64,000 bases of DNA, taken from assembly GCA_051362555.1 (NCBI GenBank), contig CM120641.1:47126401-47190400 (forward strand), in the 5' to 3' direction. This stretch comes from Lingula anatina. Lineage: Eukaryota > Animalia > Brachiopoda. Below are positions 1 through 13,761 of the stretch, piece after piece (positions within the stretch are counted from its first letter, which is position 1; each line of letters opens with the position of its first letter). The notes below the pieces were generated by a model. That model was given only the letters and a program-made list of their open reading frames with translations. It had not been told where the DNA came from and ran no database searches. The translations under genes and the position numbers were made by a program.

Positions 1-2461
1 TCCTGACCTTTGCGATGATTTAGTCCGTAGATCAAATCTTAGATCCTTTCTTAATTATGATCATCAGCAACACATTAACTTTTTATGCCGTATGGAATAA
101 CAACTTGCATGAGATAGGAACGTGCTCGAATGTACCAGTGTGGGAGTTTCTACTAAAGACTATGATTTACAGATATATGATTCAACGACCTGAACGGCTG
201 TTTAATGATAGCATGGTGAATAATATAAGTGTCCTGTCTTATCTCCTTCGTAATGACTGCTCTGTACCTGGTAACTCAGTTCCACTACCACTTCATTTTC
301 TCGTGAAATGAATCATAATCAAAATGTCAAAAAGTGAAATAACAGATATTAAGTTTTTTATGCCACTCCCTCATCAAAGTACGTATTATCTACCATGTCT
401 TGTGTAAAATAAAGTCTAGATTGGTACCTATAAAATATTCACCTTGTGCAAGTTTCTCAGTCTTTATCCACAAAAAAAGTAAGGCCTATACTGTCAAGCA
501 CCATTTCACTGTGATTACAATTTTTGCCAGATTATATCTGATTATATCAGGTTATATTTGTTAAGTAACTTCATAAAACGACATCTTATGCCCAAGTATT
601 TGAATTCTGCATTCCAGTTTGCTTCTTAAACAGAAGTTACTAGAAAGAATTTAACGTTGTAGGTTTTGCTGTACTACTCGAATAAAAATGAGAACTTCCT
701 AAATCCATTTCCAGATAGTTTTGAACCAGGTCTTCTGTGAGGAGAACTGGTTTACCGTCCTGGGTATCACACGCGACCTCACTGCATATCGTTAATAAAC
801 GTAGGGTTAGCTTAATTATATCCACTTTACAGATTTGGAAACATCAAAGTAATTGTACACCACGGTACCAAGCAGCTATAAAAGATTTTCTGCAAGGAAA
901 GAAAAGATTCCAGTTGAAGTGGAATAACCACGCGTGGAGTTGTCATGGTTCATGAATTCACCCAGACTTTCAGGGGACCAAAAACAACAACAACAACATT
1001 TTCAATCCTCTGAAATATTTTGATCATATTGTTAACATAAAATATGTAGAGGTCGTGGAAACAGAAGTCAAAACGCGTTTATTTTTGTCATGCCAAATTA
1101 CATATCCATAACAGATATATCTATTTTGAAAAACAAAAATAGATCCTTATGATGATTTTACCCTAAAGAAAAGATAAAATAAAAGATAATGTGTTTCAAA
1201 AACAAAAATATCAACACGTTTTGAATTTTTTCAGTCCAAATAGATAACACCGATAAAGTCATTTATAAAAAAACAGGCTCCCGTCCTCATTGTTTACGCT
1301 CACTTCAGTGCACAATAGACATCTTCTTTGTAAAATGAGCTACTCTGTTCTCGATACACCGATTAAAGAATGAGATAGCATAAAGAAGGCATGCATGCAA
1401 TTTGAACTGTCAACAACTTTTTTTTCTGGCATCTTCTCAGTAAAACTAGGATAAAATATTTGAGGTTGCAACTTGTTCACATAAGACGTTTTTATCTTTT
1501 TCCATTACTTTTTCTTAAAGGTGTTTATTTAAATCATACCTATTTCACCAATTGATATGGTAATAGAATTAAGTTGCGTAGGTCCTATTGTTTCAACATT
1601 TGTTTTACGTTTATTTCCACCATTAACTGATGTCACCAATAAATGGTTAAGAATTTCAATGCCCATTTGTTCTTTTCGAACCGAAACTCTTATCGTGCAT
1701 AATAGTGAAGAGCACGAAATGTTAATGATAAGTACAAAATGTGAAACTGCTGATCCGCGTCATAGAATTGTTTAAAGACAATGGATACATTGTATATAGT
1801 TTTTAGCATAGTAGTATCTTACTCCTTGAGAATACTTTTTGAAGCATGTATAAAATGGTTAAACTTTGTGCGTGAAGCAGTCAGATTTTATTTATTTATT
1901 CATTTATTTATTCTGTTATTATTGTTATTGTTTTTAAAAAAAGTTTCAAGAGATACAGAAAAGGGTCAAGTAAATTGCTCTCAGTCTCAAGGTACATATT
2001 ATTTTCACGTTTTAACCTTTTCCCTAACCACAAAAACAACACCAGCCGTATGAGTGAGTACAGAAAGCAATATTCACATTAACTTTTACTTTTCCCAGGC
2101 AGACGTCTGAGGGCCGTGGTCATGGCAACAATCATTAGAATTCTACCCTACGTAGCCCTCTCTTGCGTGTCTAATGTCCATGAGGATAAAATTAGACTAT
2201 GACGTTCTCTCTTCAAAAACACTTCACATCGTTTTCATGGTAAGAGGGTATAAAAGAATTTACATTGACACATGGTTCCAGTCTGTGCCCCATCTTATCT
2301 ATCATTAGCAATCGCTGCAGAAAGAAAAATATATTTTCACCGGTATGCCAATTCCTATTGACATGTTTCCATGCTTCAGGGGTAAGAAGATGAAACAGAT
2401 GAAAGCCATGGCTGCAGCCAACGGAGTGCCCGACCTGATTTTGCATGTAAGACTCTCTCAG

Positions 2462-2495
<34 letters not shown>

Positions 2496-2877
2496 CGTTC
2501 ATTCACCTCACAGAAGACTCGCACTGCACTGAGTCGCGATATTATTGGATCCTGAGCGGAGTTAACAAACACAATGACCGACCAAAATCAATAATTGGTG
2601 TTGTGGCGTTCGCCGGGTGTGTTCGCTACGCCGCGTGAACTTCGCTCGGCTGCGACCGATAGTGAGGTCGAGCGAACTACAGACGCAGGCAGCTTGAAAC
2701 AGTTATCTGAACCATCACTATGAACCTGTTATGGAAGATTGGGATGTTCGAGTAAACAAGCAGTGTCTTAGTAAACACACACATATATATACAGCCATCA
2801 TTCCTCTTGAGTTTGACTACAGGGTAGCGCCTGATCTATAATCACCATTATCAGTGACTTATCACATTTAACACAGA

Positions 2878-5800
2878 ATGTGGGGCTTAATCGCGAGACG
2901 ACGGTCGCAGTGCGCAGACGAAGGAAGGGAAGTTGCAAAGAAGTGCTCGTTTTTTATCGGAGACGAAATGGAGGTATTTACATGCATAGTGCAATGGTGT
3001 TTGATGATATAAGCAAATGCATCTGGTATATTATTTCACGTAAATCTCTTTGGTAATCGTGTTGGGAAGTTAAATTCTTTTGTTGGGCTAGCTGTTTGTT
3101 TGGTTTCAAGTATCTCAAACCAAGGAGTCATTGTTTAACATGATTTAGGATGCCAAAGCTGTGCAGTTCAAGATGGAAGCGTGGAGGTTAGCTCAGTGAA
3201 AGAATAAGTTACATTGCTTGCATCGGTGTTACATGTGGGAGATTACAATCATAATGGTAAAGAATTAATCTATATTTAGTAATTAAGATGGACATTGGCT
3301 ATTGGGTCTTTCCTGCATTCACCGTGCATTGGGCGGTACGTTTAAACGTGGACATCATTATTATGTCCAAGGTTTAAACGACTTAAACCAGAATCCAGGG
3401 TAGATCGTGGATCCTGGGTTTTAATTGTATTCTTTTCAGTTGTCTTTTCGCTACATGTAGAACCTAGTTTAGTAAAAGTTGGTGTTAGCATTGTTTTAAC
3501 ATTGCTCTGGTACAAGTCAGACATGTACGTGTCCAAATGTGCGTTTACGTTTTGAATTCAGAAAGTTAAAGCTGTCGTTTTATAATCAGTTCCATATGTG
3601 TAACGCCGCCCGTCGCATCCTTTGTATTCACCAAATTAAAAAGAAAAAGGACCAGAATCTTGGGCCAACAAGTTCAATAGAACTTCAGGCAGGAATGGGC
3701 TAAGTTTGGGTCATTTTATATCTGTATTTTAATATTATATTACTATTTCCCCGAGTAAAGAGCGCGAAATCTAAACAGATCAAATACCGCTGTGACGCTT
3801 TGTCAGGCGTGGCCAAGGCGTCTTTTTTCCCCTTAATACACAACTAAATTAAAGCTTTAATGTGTGTAACACACGACATTTGCTACGTCTCGCGTGCATA
3901 AAACTTTTAATCCCTATGCCTCACTTGTTCGAACTTCTGGAAGACACTTTTGGAACGACACTTTTGGAAAATAATGAACATCTTACTCAACGAACATCGA
4001 TCAGTCACTGTTCATAATACATGACAACAGGCTTGTGTCGTATAGGTATTATTTGACATAATTGCCTTCATTTTTCTGCTAAAATTGCAGATCCTTTATG
4101 TATAATATCCAAGTTTCCAGACATTTCTTTTAAAAAATGACGCACAATGTAGGCACGCAGTACGGTTACAAGTCTTAATTCAGATCTAATTTGAACTTCA
4201 AATGAGATAACTTGCAAAGTCGGAATTCGCCTCAGGCTAGAATGAACACTAGCTACTCTGTTTGACTAAAGACGAGTTTTAAAAAGAAGTCATTATAATA
4301 TTGAACGTTTGTTTCAGCTTGGGCTGCTTGGATGATGAATTTACAATTTACAGTAGCTCTCTCTCACGACATGCTGATTAAGTGATCCCGTGCGCCTCTG
4401 TATTACTGTCATTCCATTGAAAATAATAGCTTTTGCGTAGTTCAGGATTCTGTAATTACTGCGAGCTATATGACTACCAACTAAGACGTATGGAAACTTA
4501 ACATATGTTTTTAGAATACCCTTTGGTCGTTGCAAAGGCCATGGATATTGTTCTAATATATAAGTTTAAGATTTTGATCTTAAAATGGACCAAAACGGAA
4601 ACTACGCTATGGATATTGTTCTAAAATATAAGTTTAAGATTTTAATCTTAAAATGGGCTTACACCCCATTCTCATAGATTAGATCGACCTACATTGGATC
4701 GACCTAACTCCCTGGGGGTTCACGCTAAATAGCTGTCAGCCGGGCGGACACGAAAGTTAATTACCCCTTAAAGCTTGTAGTAGGCGGGGACGGACACTTA
4801 AGGGGGATTATCTGACAGTAATCTAGTGAGACTCCCCGCGGTGATAGATCGATCTAAAAGTTGTGAGAACAGAGCCTTAGACAGGTATATGGCGCTCCAA
4901 ATGATGAAGAGATTATGAGTTGCAACAAAAAAGGCCAATCGCTCAGTGTAAACAAGACTATTTCTGAATCCTAAAACACTGATATACACCACAAAATTGT
5001 CAATCCAGATTAACGAAAAACACGACGATGGGATTAAATCGATGAAATGATAGTGCCCAACATTGCTCAACATTTACTGTTAGTAAAAGGAAAGGAAAAT
5101 GATATTGATTAGAACTATATCGTCTTAAAAGAAGGCGGTCCCTGTGTTTTGTAAGTGTCTTTGTTACTCTGATATAAAAAAGGACGAGAGTTTGTCGATG
5201 TAACGAATATTGATCAAACAAATCTAAAATACTGCCTACAGGTGCACATACAGCTCTTATTGTGCGGGCACGTGTTAGGTTCCACGCTTAAATTAAAATT
5301 GTATGAAAGCGTTTGGATTCGTGGCGTTTTCCTTTACTGTTTACTCATCATAGCATACCGGGGCTACTTTTGCAGTGTCTCTTTGATTGTGAGGAAAGCA
5401 TAAGTTCGGCATGGTGTGATCTAACCCTATAATCAATATGGTTACTGCCCTGTCCTGCGCATGTCAACATTTTGACTTGAGTCGACAACATGTACATTTT
5501 ATTGATCTGAACAGTTACTAAGAGTCTTGGGATGTTTTTAAAAAAGTGATATGGTTTACACACGAAAGCTGCCTAAACTAATTTGATCTACTGCCAGAAG
5601 CAGCCTGTTTTTGGGGCATAGGCGGTAATAAAGAACCAAATGTATTTTGAGAAAAAATATCACAATCACGTCATCTGGACTAAAACACACGGTGTAGGCA
5701 AGGCACAACGATGTAGACTGCTTTTATCAAATCCTTGGGAATGTGTGCTTGGAGTAGAAGAAGAACTAATGTTATGTACTAAATATACAACGTGGTGCAG

Positions 5801-7428
5801 TCAGTTGTGGCCAATTTGTGGTCTGACACCCATCACAGTGTGCATTTTATAATGGACCATCTAAGTTAAAATTACCTGTGTAGAAGCCCCGTGATCACTG
5901 ATTTGAAAGGTGTATATAAGACTTTATTTTTTTCAAGATGTCTTGATCTCATTTATTCTATTTAAAATTCGGTAACTTGATTTTTAATTTAAGCGTATGT
6001 AACAATAGCATAAAGAGCGGCTATATTTCTACATTATGCTTCTAAATATACAAGGTAAATTGAAATTGGTGTTTACCAAGATATCAGGTGTATAGAGAGG
6101 TGTGCCTCTTATTTTATCATTTGTTTTTGCAACATGCTTTGTAGTTTATGAAAATGTCAATAATAATACAAATATGTATCTGTTACGGACAATTATTTTA
6201 TGTGCGTAAACATATCGTAGGTAGATCCATCCTTAATTAGGTAATCCCCTCTTGTTTAGAGGAAAGAACTACATACAGCAATACTTGGTTACTACAGATA
6301 TAGCACCGCACACCCGAAGCATGCCTTTCTGTCAGTAAGAGCGTAAGATTTATTTCCTGATAAATTGTGCATAAAGCGTTATAAATTATACTTTCAGAAT
6401 AACAACAATCAACCCGAAAGAAAGGCGAAACAAGACGAGGAATCCCTATATAACCCAGCTCTTACTGAAGAAAAGGAACCAAATGAGAACAAAACAGATC
6501 TAGAGGAAGAGCCAGTACAGAGTGAGAGGAGAGGGTCTTTCACAGAAGCTGTGTCTAACTTCTTACGTCCCCCCAAAGACGGGCAGAAGAAACCTCCTGC
6601 CGCAGAGAGAAAAATGTCTCGAAAACACAGCATGCTACTACGCCTGGAAGAGTTCGAGGATTATAAAAAGCATCTAAAGAATGACATTGTAAGTTCACAC
6701 AGTTTGTTAAAAATGAACAGTTCGCGAGATTCAGAGATGTTTTAACATATGGACGGATATCATTTATAAAATCTCAATTATTATAACATTTTTGTTAAAG
6801 TTGTTTTAGTTTTATTTTTGATACATTTTCACTGTAGAGTTGTGCAACAACAATATACAACACCACAAAATCGTGTCTTGCAAATTATCAATATTAAAAA
6901 TTTCAAAGTTTAAAAACCAGGGAGGTATTAAAATAACGAACTAGGGTTTTTTCTGTTAACATGGATAAGAGTTTGGTGAGCGGTAGAGATTTTCTCACGA
7001 GTATGTATACAACTTTTTACTATTTCAGGGGGACTTAAACGACACCATTGAACTTCTGAAAAACAAGATTATCGAGTTGGAGGAACAGTTATTACAGGCT
7101 GACGACGACATGGAGGTCATGAAAGAGGAAAAAACACTGGTGGAAGATGAATTGGAAAAAGCTCGCGTGCAAAAAGAAAGTATGTTCTGATTCCACCACA
7201 TTAAATGACATAGCTTGTAAATTTGCACATTTGTTGTATTATTGCGTTACATTAACCATTGGCCGCCGCCTTGTTTTGATTCTAATCGTGTTTCTCAGTT
7301 ATCTTTGACGTCAGTCGTTGGCCTAAGGTGAGACCGAGTAAGTTTATACTGAAGCAGCTTGTAATTCGATTATTGAATTATCCTCTACCTTATTATATTA
7401 GCTGATTGGTTGCACACACAGCTTGGTC

Positions 7429-7487
<59 letters not shown>

Positions 7488-9448
7488 AGACCCGGTTTAT
7501 TTACTCGCCGGGATAATGTTCTTTATTTGATCTATTTGATACATGACATTAAAAATGCATTTTTTTCTTTACATTAGTTATTGAGTGCCAAAAGACGGAT
7601 TTGGTAGAGCAGATGAAAGATATGCAAAAAGACATAAAAGACTTGGAAGAAAAGTGCGCCATGTTGCAGCAGCGGAACATGGACTTGTTAGCACAGATCA
7701 ACAGAACTGATGAAGTCAGTGAAGACACGAGAAAAAATATAGAGGACGTTCAAATAAAGTTGTCTAAAGTAACAATTGAAAACACAGACTTATGTACTCG
7801 CATGGAAGTCCTTGCTTCCGAAAAGGAAATGCTGTCTGAAGAGAACCAGGCCCTGAAAGACGATCTTGCTGCCATGGAGACCGATCTGACGCAAATCAAA
7901 TTAGAAAGAAAAACCAAAGAAGAACAATACAGTTCGCAAGACGTGTTTATAAAAGAACTTTTACAGTATAAGGTAAGAATAATCAGTTATAGACTTGTAC
8001 GGTACGGGACTTGGACCCCCCCCCCCCCCCCCCCCCCCCACCTTGAGACCTATGAAAAGACAAAATAGGCCGAACCTTACATAAAATTTTTGATGTGCTT
8101 TCTCGCGAAATTCATTCCACCCCACCTCGTCCGTGTGTCCGTGTGGGGTTTTGAAAACTGTCCTTCTCAAAAGGGTGACTCAAACAGTAATTGAAATTTT
8201 GGTGATTTGTACATAAGACCTTGCAGACACGTGCCGTTTGAGTCATGAGTTCGGAATAGAGAATCGAAGATATTTCCTATTTTTTTTTTTTCAAATATGG
8301 CAATCTACTTCAAACGCGATCATGGTACTTTGATCTTAATAAACAGTTTTTCTTGAAACCTTGGTAGTTTCATGTTAAGGCTCACGTCCGTTAAAAGTCT
8401 ATATTACTGCTTGATGACGTCCTTATTTGGCTCTATGCATGTATATTGACAAATAACGTCGGCTGTTGCCATGGTGCTTGGACAATGTCTAAGAAATATG
8501 CTGTAGCCTACACAGACAAGTAGTAAAATGATCTCATTGATTTAAATATTTGTGTCATAATGACAGGTATTGTTATCCGGACAAGTGGCTGTATGTGCAT
8601 TGAGTTCATTGGTTTACTTTGTTTTACTTTAATATTTGTAGATATTCTTCTGTAAACTATGACTTGTGTGTACATAACCGGGCAACTTCTGGGAGTGATT
8701 TTTCTCCTCTAAACCTTTTCCAATAATCTATACGATCGTAGGGATCGCAAATGCTTTAAAAGGCGCGCCTTTGTTTTCCTTTGAAAAATAAATAATGTAA
8801 CTATCCATGTTCTCAGTGGTTGATGTTATTGTTACCAGGAGCGGTGTGAGAAAGCAGAACAGGACAACCTGGTCTACCAACAGCAGGTGCGCGCTCTGGC
8901 GGAGAGAAACCTCAGGCTTGAACAAGAACTTGCCGACTCCAAAAACAGCAATGTCAACAGTTCCCAGTCACTTTCCAGTAAGTCATGATTTTCTAACTAA
9001 TCAAGCGGAATATTTTAATGAAATTGTTACCTTGACTGAAATTGTTACATTGATCTTATTCGGCTTTTATTTCACTCGATAGCATATATAGTATATCAAA
9101 ATATCGATCGGTGTAAGCATTACGTGTACCATTTTCTTATATTGGGCCAATTACGGGGTAAAAGGTCAACTTTTGAAGACCACCCCCTTGAAATTGCTGT
9201 TCACACGCCTTAACGCACATATAACATACCGACACCATGTAAAACTTCACGTTGCCTTTAAATCATAGTACAAATATCCCATAAAAATACACGGTGGTTA
9301 CAAAACAGTACCACATGTTTGTTGACAAATTTGGTATAACTGATTCTTATCAACAATCTCTTTATTTTCAGCAACATGCTGTTCGCAAAATTTGCGCCAA
9401 CAAACCTTGAATAGGCTATCGGAGGACATCGATCAGGACTTCGCGTAG
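2878..9448 (+). CDS. Uncharacterised coiled-coil protein (~380 aa, 6 coding exons)
   Basis: Phase-compatible GT-AG exons 2878-2973 (MWGLIARRRSQ...DEME, least certain), 6398-6688, 7029-7179, 7578-7972, 8839-8977, 9372-9448 (TAG). E/K/L/Q-rich heptad sequence (LNDTIELLKNKIIELEEQL; DIKDLEEKCAMLQQRNMDLL). No family motif recognised. Confidence 0.75.
4541..4655. repeat. Two-copy ~68-bp spaced direct repeat
   Basis: ATGGATATTGTTCTAA(AA)TATA...AGTTTAAGATTTT(G/A)ATCTTAAAATGG twice, immediately before MITE copy 1. Confidence 0.75.
4662..4876. mobile_element. Dispersed ~220-bp MITE family (TAGATCGA-type), copy 1
   Basis: Shares TAGATCGACCTAACTCCCTGGG...AGTGAGACTCCCC...GATAGATCGATCTAAAA with 22845-23069; TTA on both flanks. 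Confidence 0.7.
7432..7486. repeat. Poly(T) tract
   Basis: About 55 consecutive T. Confidence 0.9.
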
Positions 9449-11493
9449 ATAGGCAAGCTGAGTCTGCTGATTTTAACATACTACTTGTGCCTTCTTCAGA
9501 ACATCGTCATACCACAGCGCTTGTCTCTCGGCAACGCGCTCTGTGTGGTAATGGATGTCAAGGACTTACGCGCCCAAGGATCATTAAAAGGACGACGCCA
9601 AAGATAGCATTAACACAATACATAAGATTTTTAAAATCACATTATCAAAGTACTGTTGTATATAAAAGGAAATGACTGGTGTATGTTACTGACAAAAGGA
9701 AGAAACGAAGTAAGATTGAGACTTGGTATTTAAAGATGATGGTTTCTATTACGCTGTTAAGGTTAATACATACCTGTGGCGTTCTTGAGGATGTGATTAT
9801 TTTTATGATAGTTTTTAAGTAAATAAAAAAAAAAAAAGATTTCACTCACAAGTTGATGACCACTTTTAAGATTTGAACTGTGAAGTGATTCAGATTAGAA
9901 ATTCTATAAAAAGCAAATAATAATTTAAGTTTAAGGTTTATCAACGGCTCCCAAATGGAAGCATTTCAACTCAAAATAAAAAAAAACTTTTCTATTCATT
10001 CACTAATAGGTACGCCTATCTTCAGTCACACCTTACATGCATTTGAATGCTGCAGATGACCAAATCTAACAATATTTATGGTTTAAGTGGGCACTTTTTC
10101 TAAAAGGATAAAAATGTAAGTGACACCAGTACATAATCTTAGACAAACTTGATAATACGTCAACATCAAATGTAGTATATCTGTAGCAAAGGTACATAAA
10201 AAATGCACTGTATTAACAAGGTTCATAGGGTAAACATTTATTACCAATAACATTCAAAAGCTTTTTTCCATGTCCTTTATAAAAGTAAGAAGTAAAAGCA
10301 ATTTGCACGAACTGTTTCCATGTCATAAACAATTGTTTCAGAAAATTACATATTATACACAAAAATCAAAATGAAAAAATATAAAATGCAATTACATATG
10401 AAAGTCATAATAAGCCCATAATAGAGATTCAAACTGAACTAAAATAAAATCCACTGTAGCAAGATGCCAAATAATACAAATAAATTAACGCAATGGTGAA
10501 AAATAAAATTGATCTGCCCTAAAAAATTTGATTGATGGCATGCTATTCAATACCACAAACTACCAATTTTTTTTAATTATATGATATATATACTTTATTA
10601 CCAAATCTATTCCCCAACCAGCAGGAAAGCAAAACTTTCTCCAATAACAATATTTACAATTCAATTTTTCCCTCAGTATATATGTATACCTAGATTCTCG
10701 CACTTGGTCATAATTTTATACAAAGGTTAAGTATATAATTTTAAATCCCCTCACACATGTTGAATAACACTGTCAGTATAGTTTTAAGAAAGGCCTACAA
10801 CTTGAACATGTATGCTTTCTAAACTTTAGGGCAGATTAAACAAATATTCATAAATACATGTCAAATCTTCAATAATATACTTGGCAAAACTAATGAGAAC
10901 ATTAACTTCAAATTTGTTTCTTTTTTAAATTTCTGAATTGTTTTTGGTGAACGTTTGATAAAATCCTTATAGGATGCATGACAACAGCAGCAACTGTAAA
11001 TTCAGCACTGGTGATGGAATATGAATTATTATTTAATGATTAGATTTACAACAGAGTGAAAAAGATCACCACAGCGTAGAAAAATCAGAATATCAAAAGT
11101 GTATGTGATATTAACAGTGAAAACGATGTTTGCTTCCTCTTTTGCAGTTAACAATTACAGCACAAACTTATAATTAGGAAACACATATAAAATGATTTTA
11201 AGCTGATACAAAAATCCTTAACTTTTAAAACACCTGCCTATGATGGGATGTGAGAAAATAATGATGATGATCATTGCTCTGCACACAAAACAGAGCCATA
11301 TTTTCCAGTCAATATTTCAAGGACAGCATGCATGTTCTCTTGAATCCATGCACCCTTCAAAGATCACATCTACATTACATGATACTTAAGCGCTGTACAG
11401 CATACAGTCTAGAGATAGCTTAAAAGGGATGTTGAGCAGGACATATTTTTAACAAGGCACGTATGAAGATGACATTTTGTCTTTCTTTTGAAA

Positions 11494-11760
11494 TCAACAT
11501 GGTTCTCCTCCAGCAGAGAGGTTGGCGTCCCCCTCTGACTTACCACTGGTCACCTGTATATTCTCTCCACCATCCTCCATTTCACCCAGTTGAATCCCTT
11601 CCTTCTTTAAAGCTTCTGCTTTTGCTTTTTCTTCCAGTGCCCTCTCCTCTTCCTCCTAAAAATTGTACTTTTGTCATTAATTTTTAGTCATGAACACTAA
11701 TTCAAAACACTAACACTAAAACATCTGAAGAATCTTTTATATTTGCAGTGATTTGGCCAG

Positions 11761-11835
<75 letters not shown>

Positions 11836-13481
11836 AGGGGAGGAAGAAGAAAAACTGACTTACGATTTCTCTTAGTCTGTGATATTCATCTATTGCATAC
11901 TGATATTTAGGAGTTGTAATTCCAAAGAACCAGGCAAGTTTTTCTCCACAGTAATCTGCCACTAAAAAGAGCAGGGCATATTATTTGGTATTCAAAACAA
12001 CATGAATAAATTCTAACCACAATAATTTAAGATCACTCACCTTTACAAATGAAGAATGTGTTTAAAATACTTATACATTTAGCTGCATATTCTGCCTTAA
12101 ATTGTTAATTGACAACCTATCATGTATGGGCTCAAAGGTCTCCTATTAATTATTTAATCAACTATTTGCCTCAATACCTGCTAAGGCACCAACAGCCAAG
12201 GCCACAAAGTAGAACCACAACCATGGCAGCCAAGACAACGTTTTCTGAAATGAGAAAGAACACTTTGTATACATTTAAACCAGAAATACATTTACATGTA
12301 CATCTGTAAGTATTCTGCTAATAACATAATCATAGCTATGTTCCACAAATACAGCATCCATGATAAATCTTGGTAATTATTTCTTTTTACAATGTTGTAG
12401 TAAAGTTAATATGTGACCATGAGTAGAAAAAAAGATTTACTTGCACAGAATTCTGTTTCACCATTTACAAAATACAAATGTATAGATCAATGAGAAAAAA
12501 AAAACAATTTTTCTGCAGAACATGAAAATTCAATTTATTCTATGTCAGGTTAAGAATAAATTACTTTCAATCTGAAGAAGAACCCCTTGTATACACTTAG
12601 CAAAAATAAATATTAATAATAATTATAATAGACATTGTTTAGTATTTATCACATTCATTTTCCCCATGTTGTATTGGTAGCACTTGTGAAAACAAATTGT
12701 TACAGTAGTTCTCAAAAGAGACAAATGGTCACAATTGAATCTTAATGAATGTTTTCTATAATGCATTTTGTTTGGAGTTCAATTATGATGCATGCCATAC
12801 TGATCATAAGCAGGATTTTACCCCAAAATTATGTGATTTACAACAACATTGTCCAAAAGTGAGGAAATGAGCTGACAGCTTAATATCTATAATGTCACAA
12901 GTGGTGTGTTATTGTAACGGTAGCAAGTAAAAAAATGTCACACAGCCACTGTTAGTTCAATTTAAATCATATCACCAATTTTTTCATAAGAATGATGTAA
13001 CTGATAGAGTAGAAACTAACAGGATCCACGGGTTCAGGTTTGTCTTTCTCTTCTTCCTCTTCATCCGTAGAATATTCTTCGAGAATTCCATCACTGAAGT
13101 GTAGGATACGGCGAGGTTGCTTTTTCTTTTTCTGTGGATTTTCCTCAAGTGGAATGTTTGTAAAGTCCTTTGTTTCCTACGCAAGATAACGTAAGTGCAT
13201 AAGAGCATATCAAAAGTATAACCTGCACTGTGGCGCAGACTTAAATTTACTGTTATGTAGATCCAGTCACCCACATTATAAATTTACGAAGTCATTCATG
13301 ATTCCTAGTTTATAGTCAATCATTGACGGATCTAAATATGAACTAAACGTGTTTTATCGGTAGTTAGATAAACATGTCGCTCAAATGTATTCTAGACTGT
13401 CAACAATCACCTTACCCCGTCTACTTTTTCCTCAAATACAATGTTGCTGGGCGAAACCGCTTCTTCTCCTGCAGACGCCAT
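11494..13481 (-). CDS. FAM177A1: FAM177A1-like protein
   Basis: Exons 13416-13481, 13021-13176, 12178-12244, 11864-11961, 11494-11655 join in frame. Family signatures PRRILHFSDGILEEYSTDEEEE, WLPWLW and DYCGEKLAWFFGITTPKYQYAIDEY. Confidence 0.93.
11762..11830. repeat. (GT)n(GA)n microsatellite
   Basis: Directly visible in the last FAM177A1 intron. Confidence 0.95.
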
Positions 13482-13761
13482 TTTACTTTTATCGGTCTCT
13501 CAGTACAGAAGAACGGGTATGACCAAAAGTAGTTTTTGACAGACAACTTTGAAAAAAGACAAATGTTACGTGTAAAATAATTAAAGTTACTTCAGAAATG
13601 AATAAAAGGGAAAAAATCGCCGTGTTGCCGTCTCATTTCTTTGTCTTGCCTTGAAAAGTGCTTCCCACAATGCCGTGTTATTATGGATGACGATGTGCAT
13701 CCGGTGAGCTGTCTGCTACAGTTGATTCTACTCGATTTTTGACATTCTACATTGAATTAGA
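13482..13761. promoter_or_regulatory. Bidirectional promoter between FAM177A1 and TMEM62
   Basis: Divergent start codons only 280 bp apart. ZNF143/Staf-like TTCCCACAATGC at ~13662-13673; YY1-like CGCCATTTT overlapping the FAM177A1 ATG. Confidence 0.7.

Noticed and set aside
1-955. Short ORFs at 57-311, 640-825 and 737-955 as exons of a neighbouring gene
   Set aside because: No recognisable motif and no consistent splice partners within the window.
2213-2638. ORFs of 119 and 97 aa around the (CT)n tract
   Set aside because: Open mainly because of the microsatellite; more likely promoter or 5' UTR of the coiled-coil gene.
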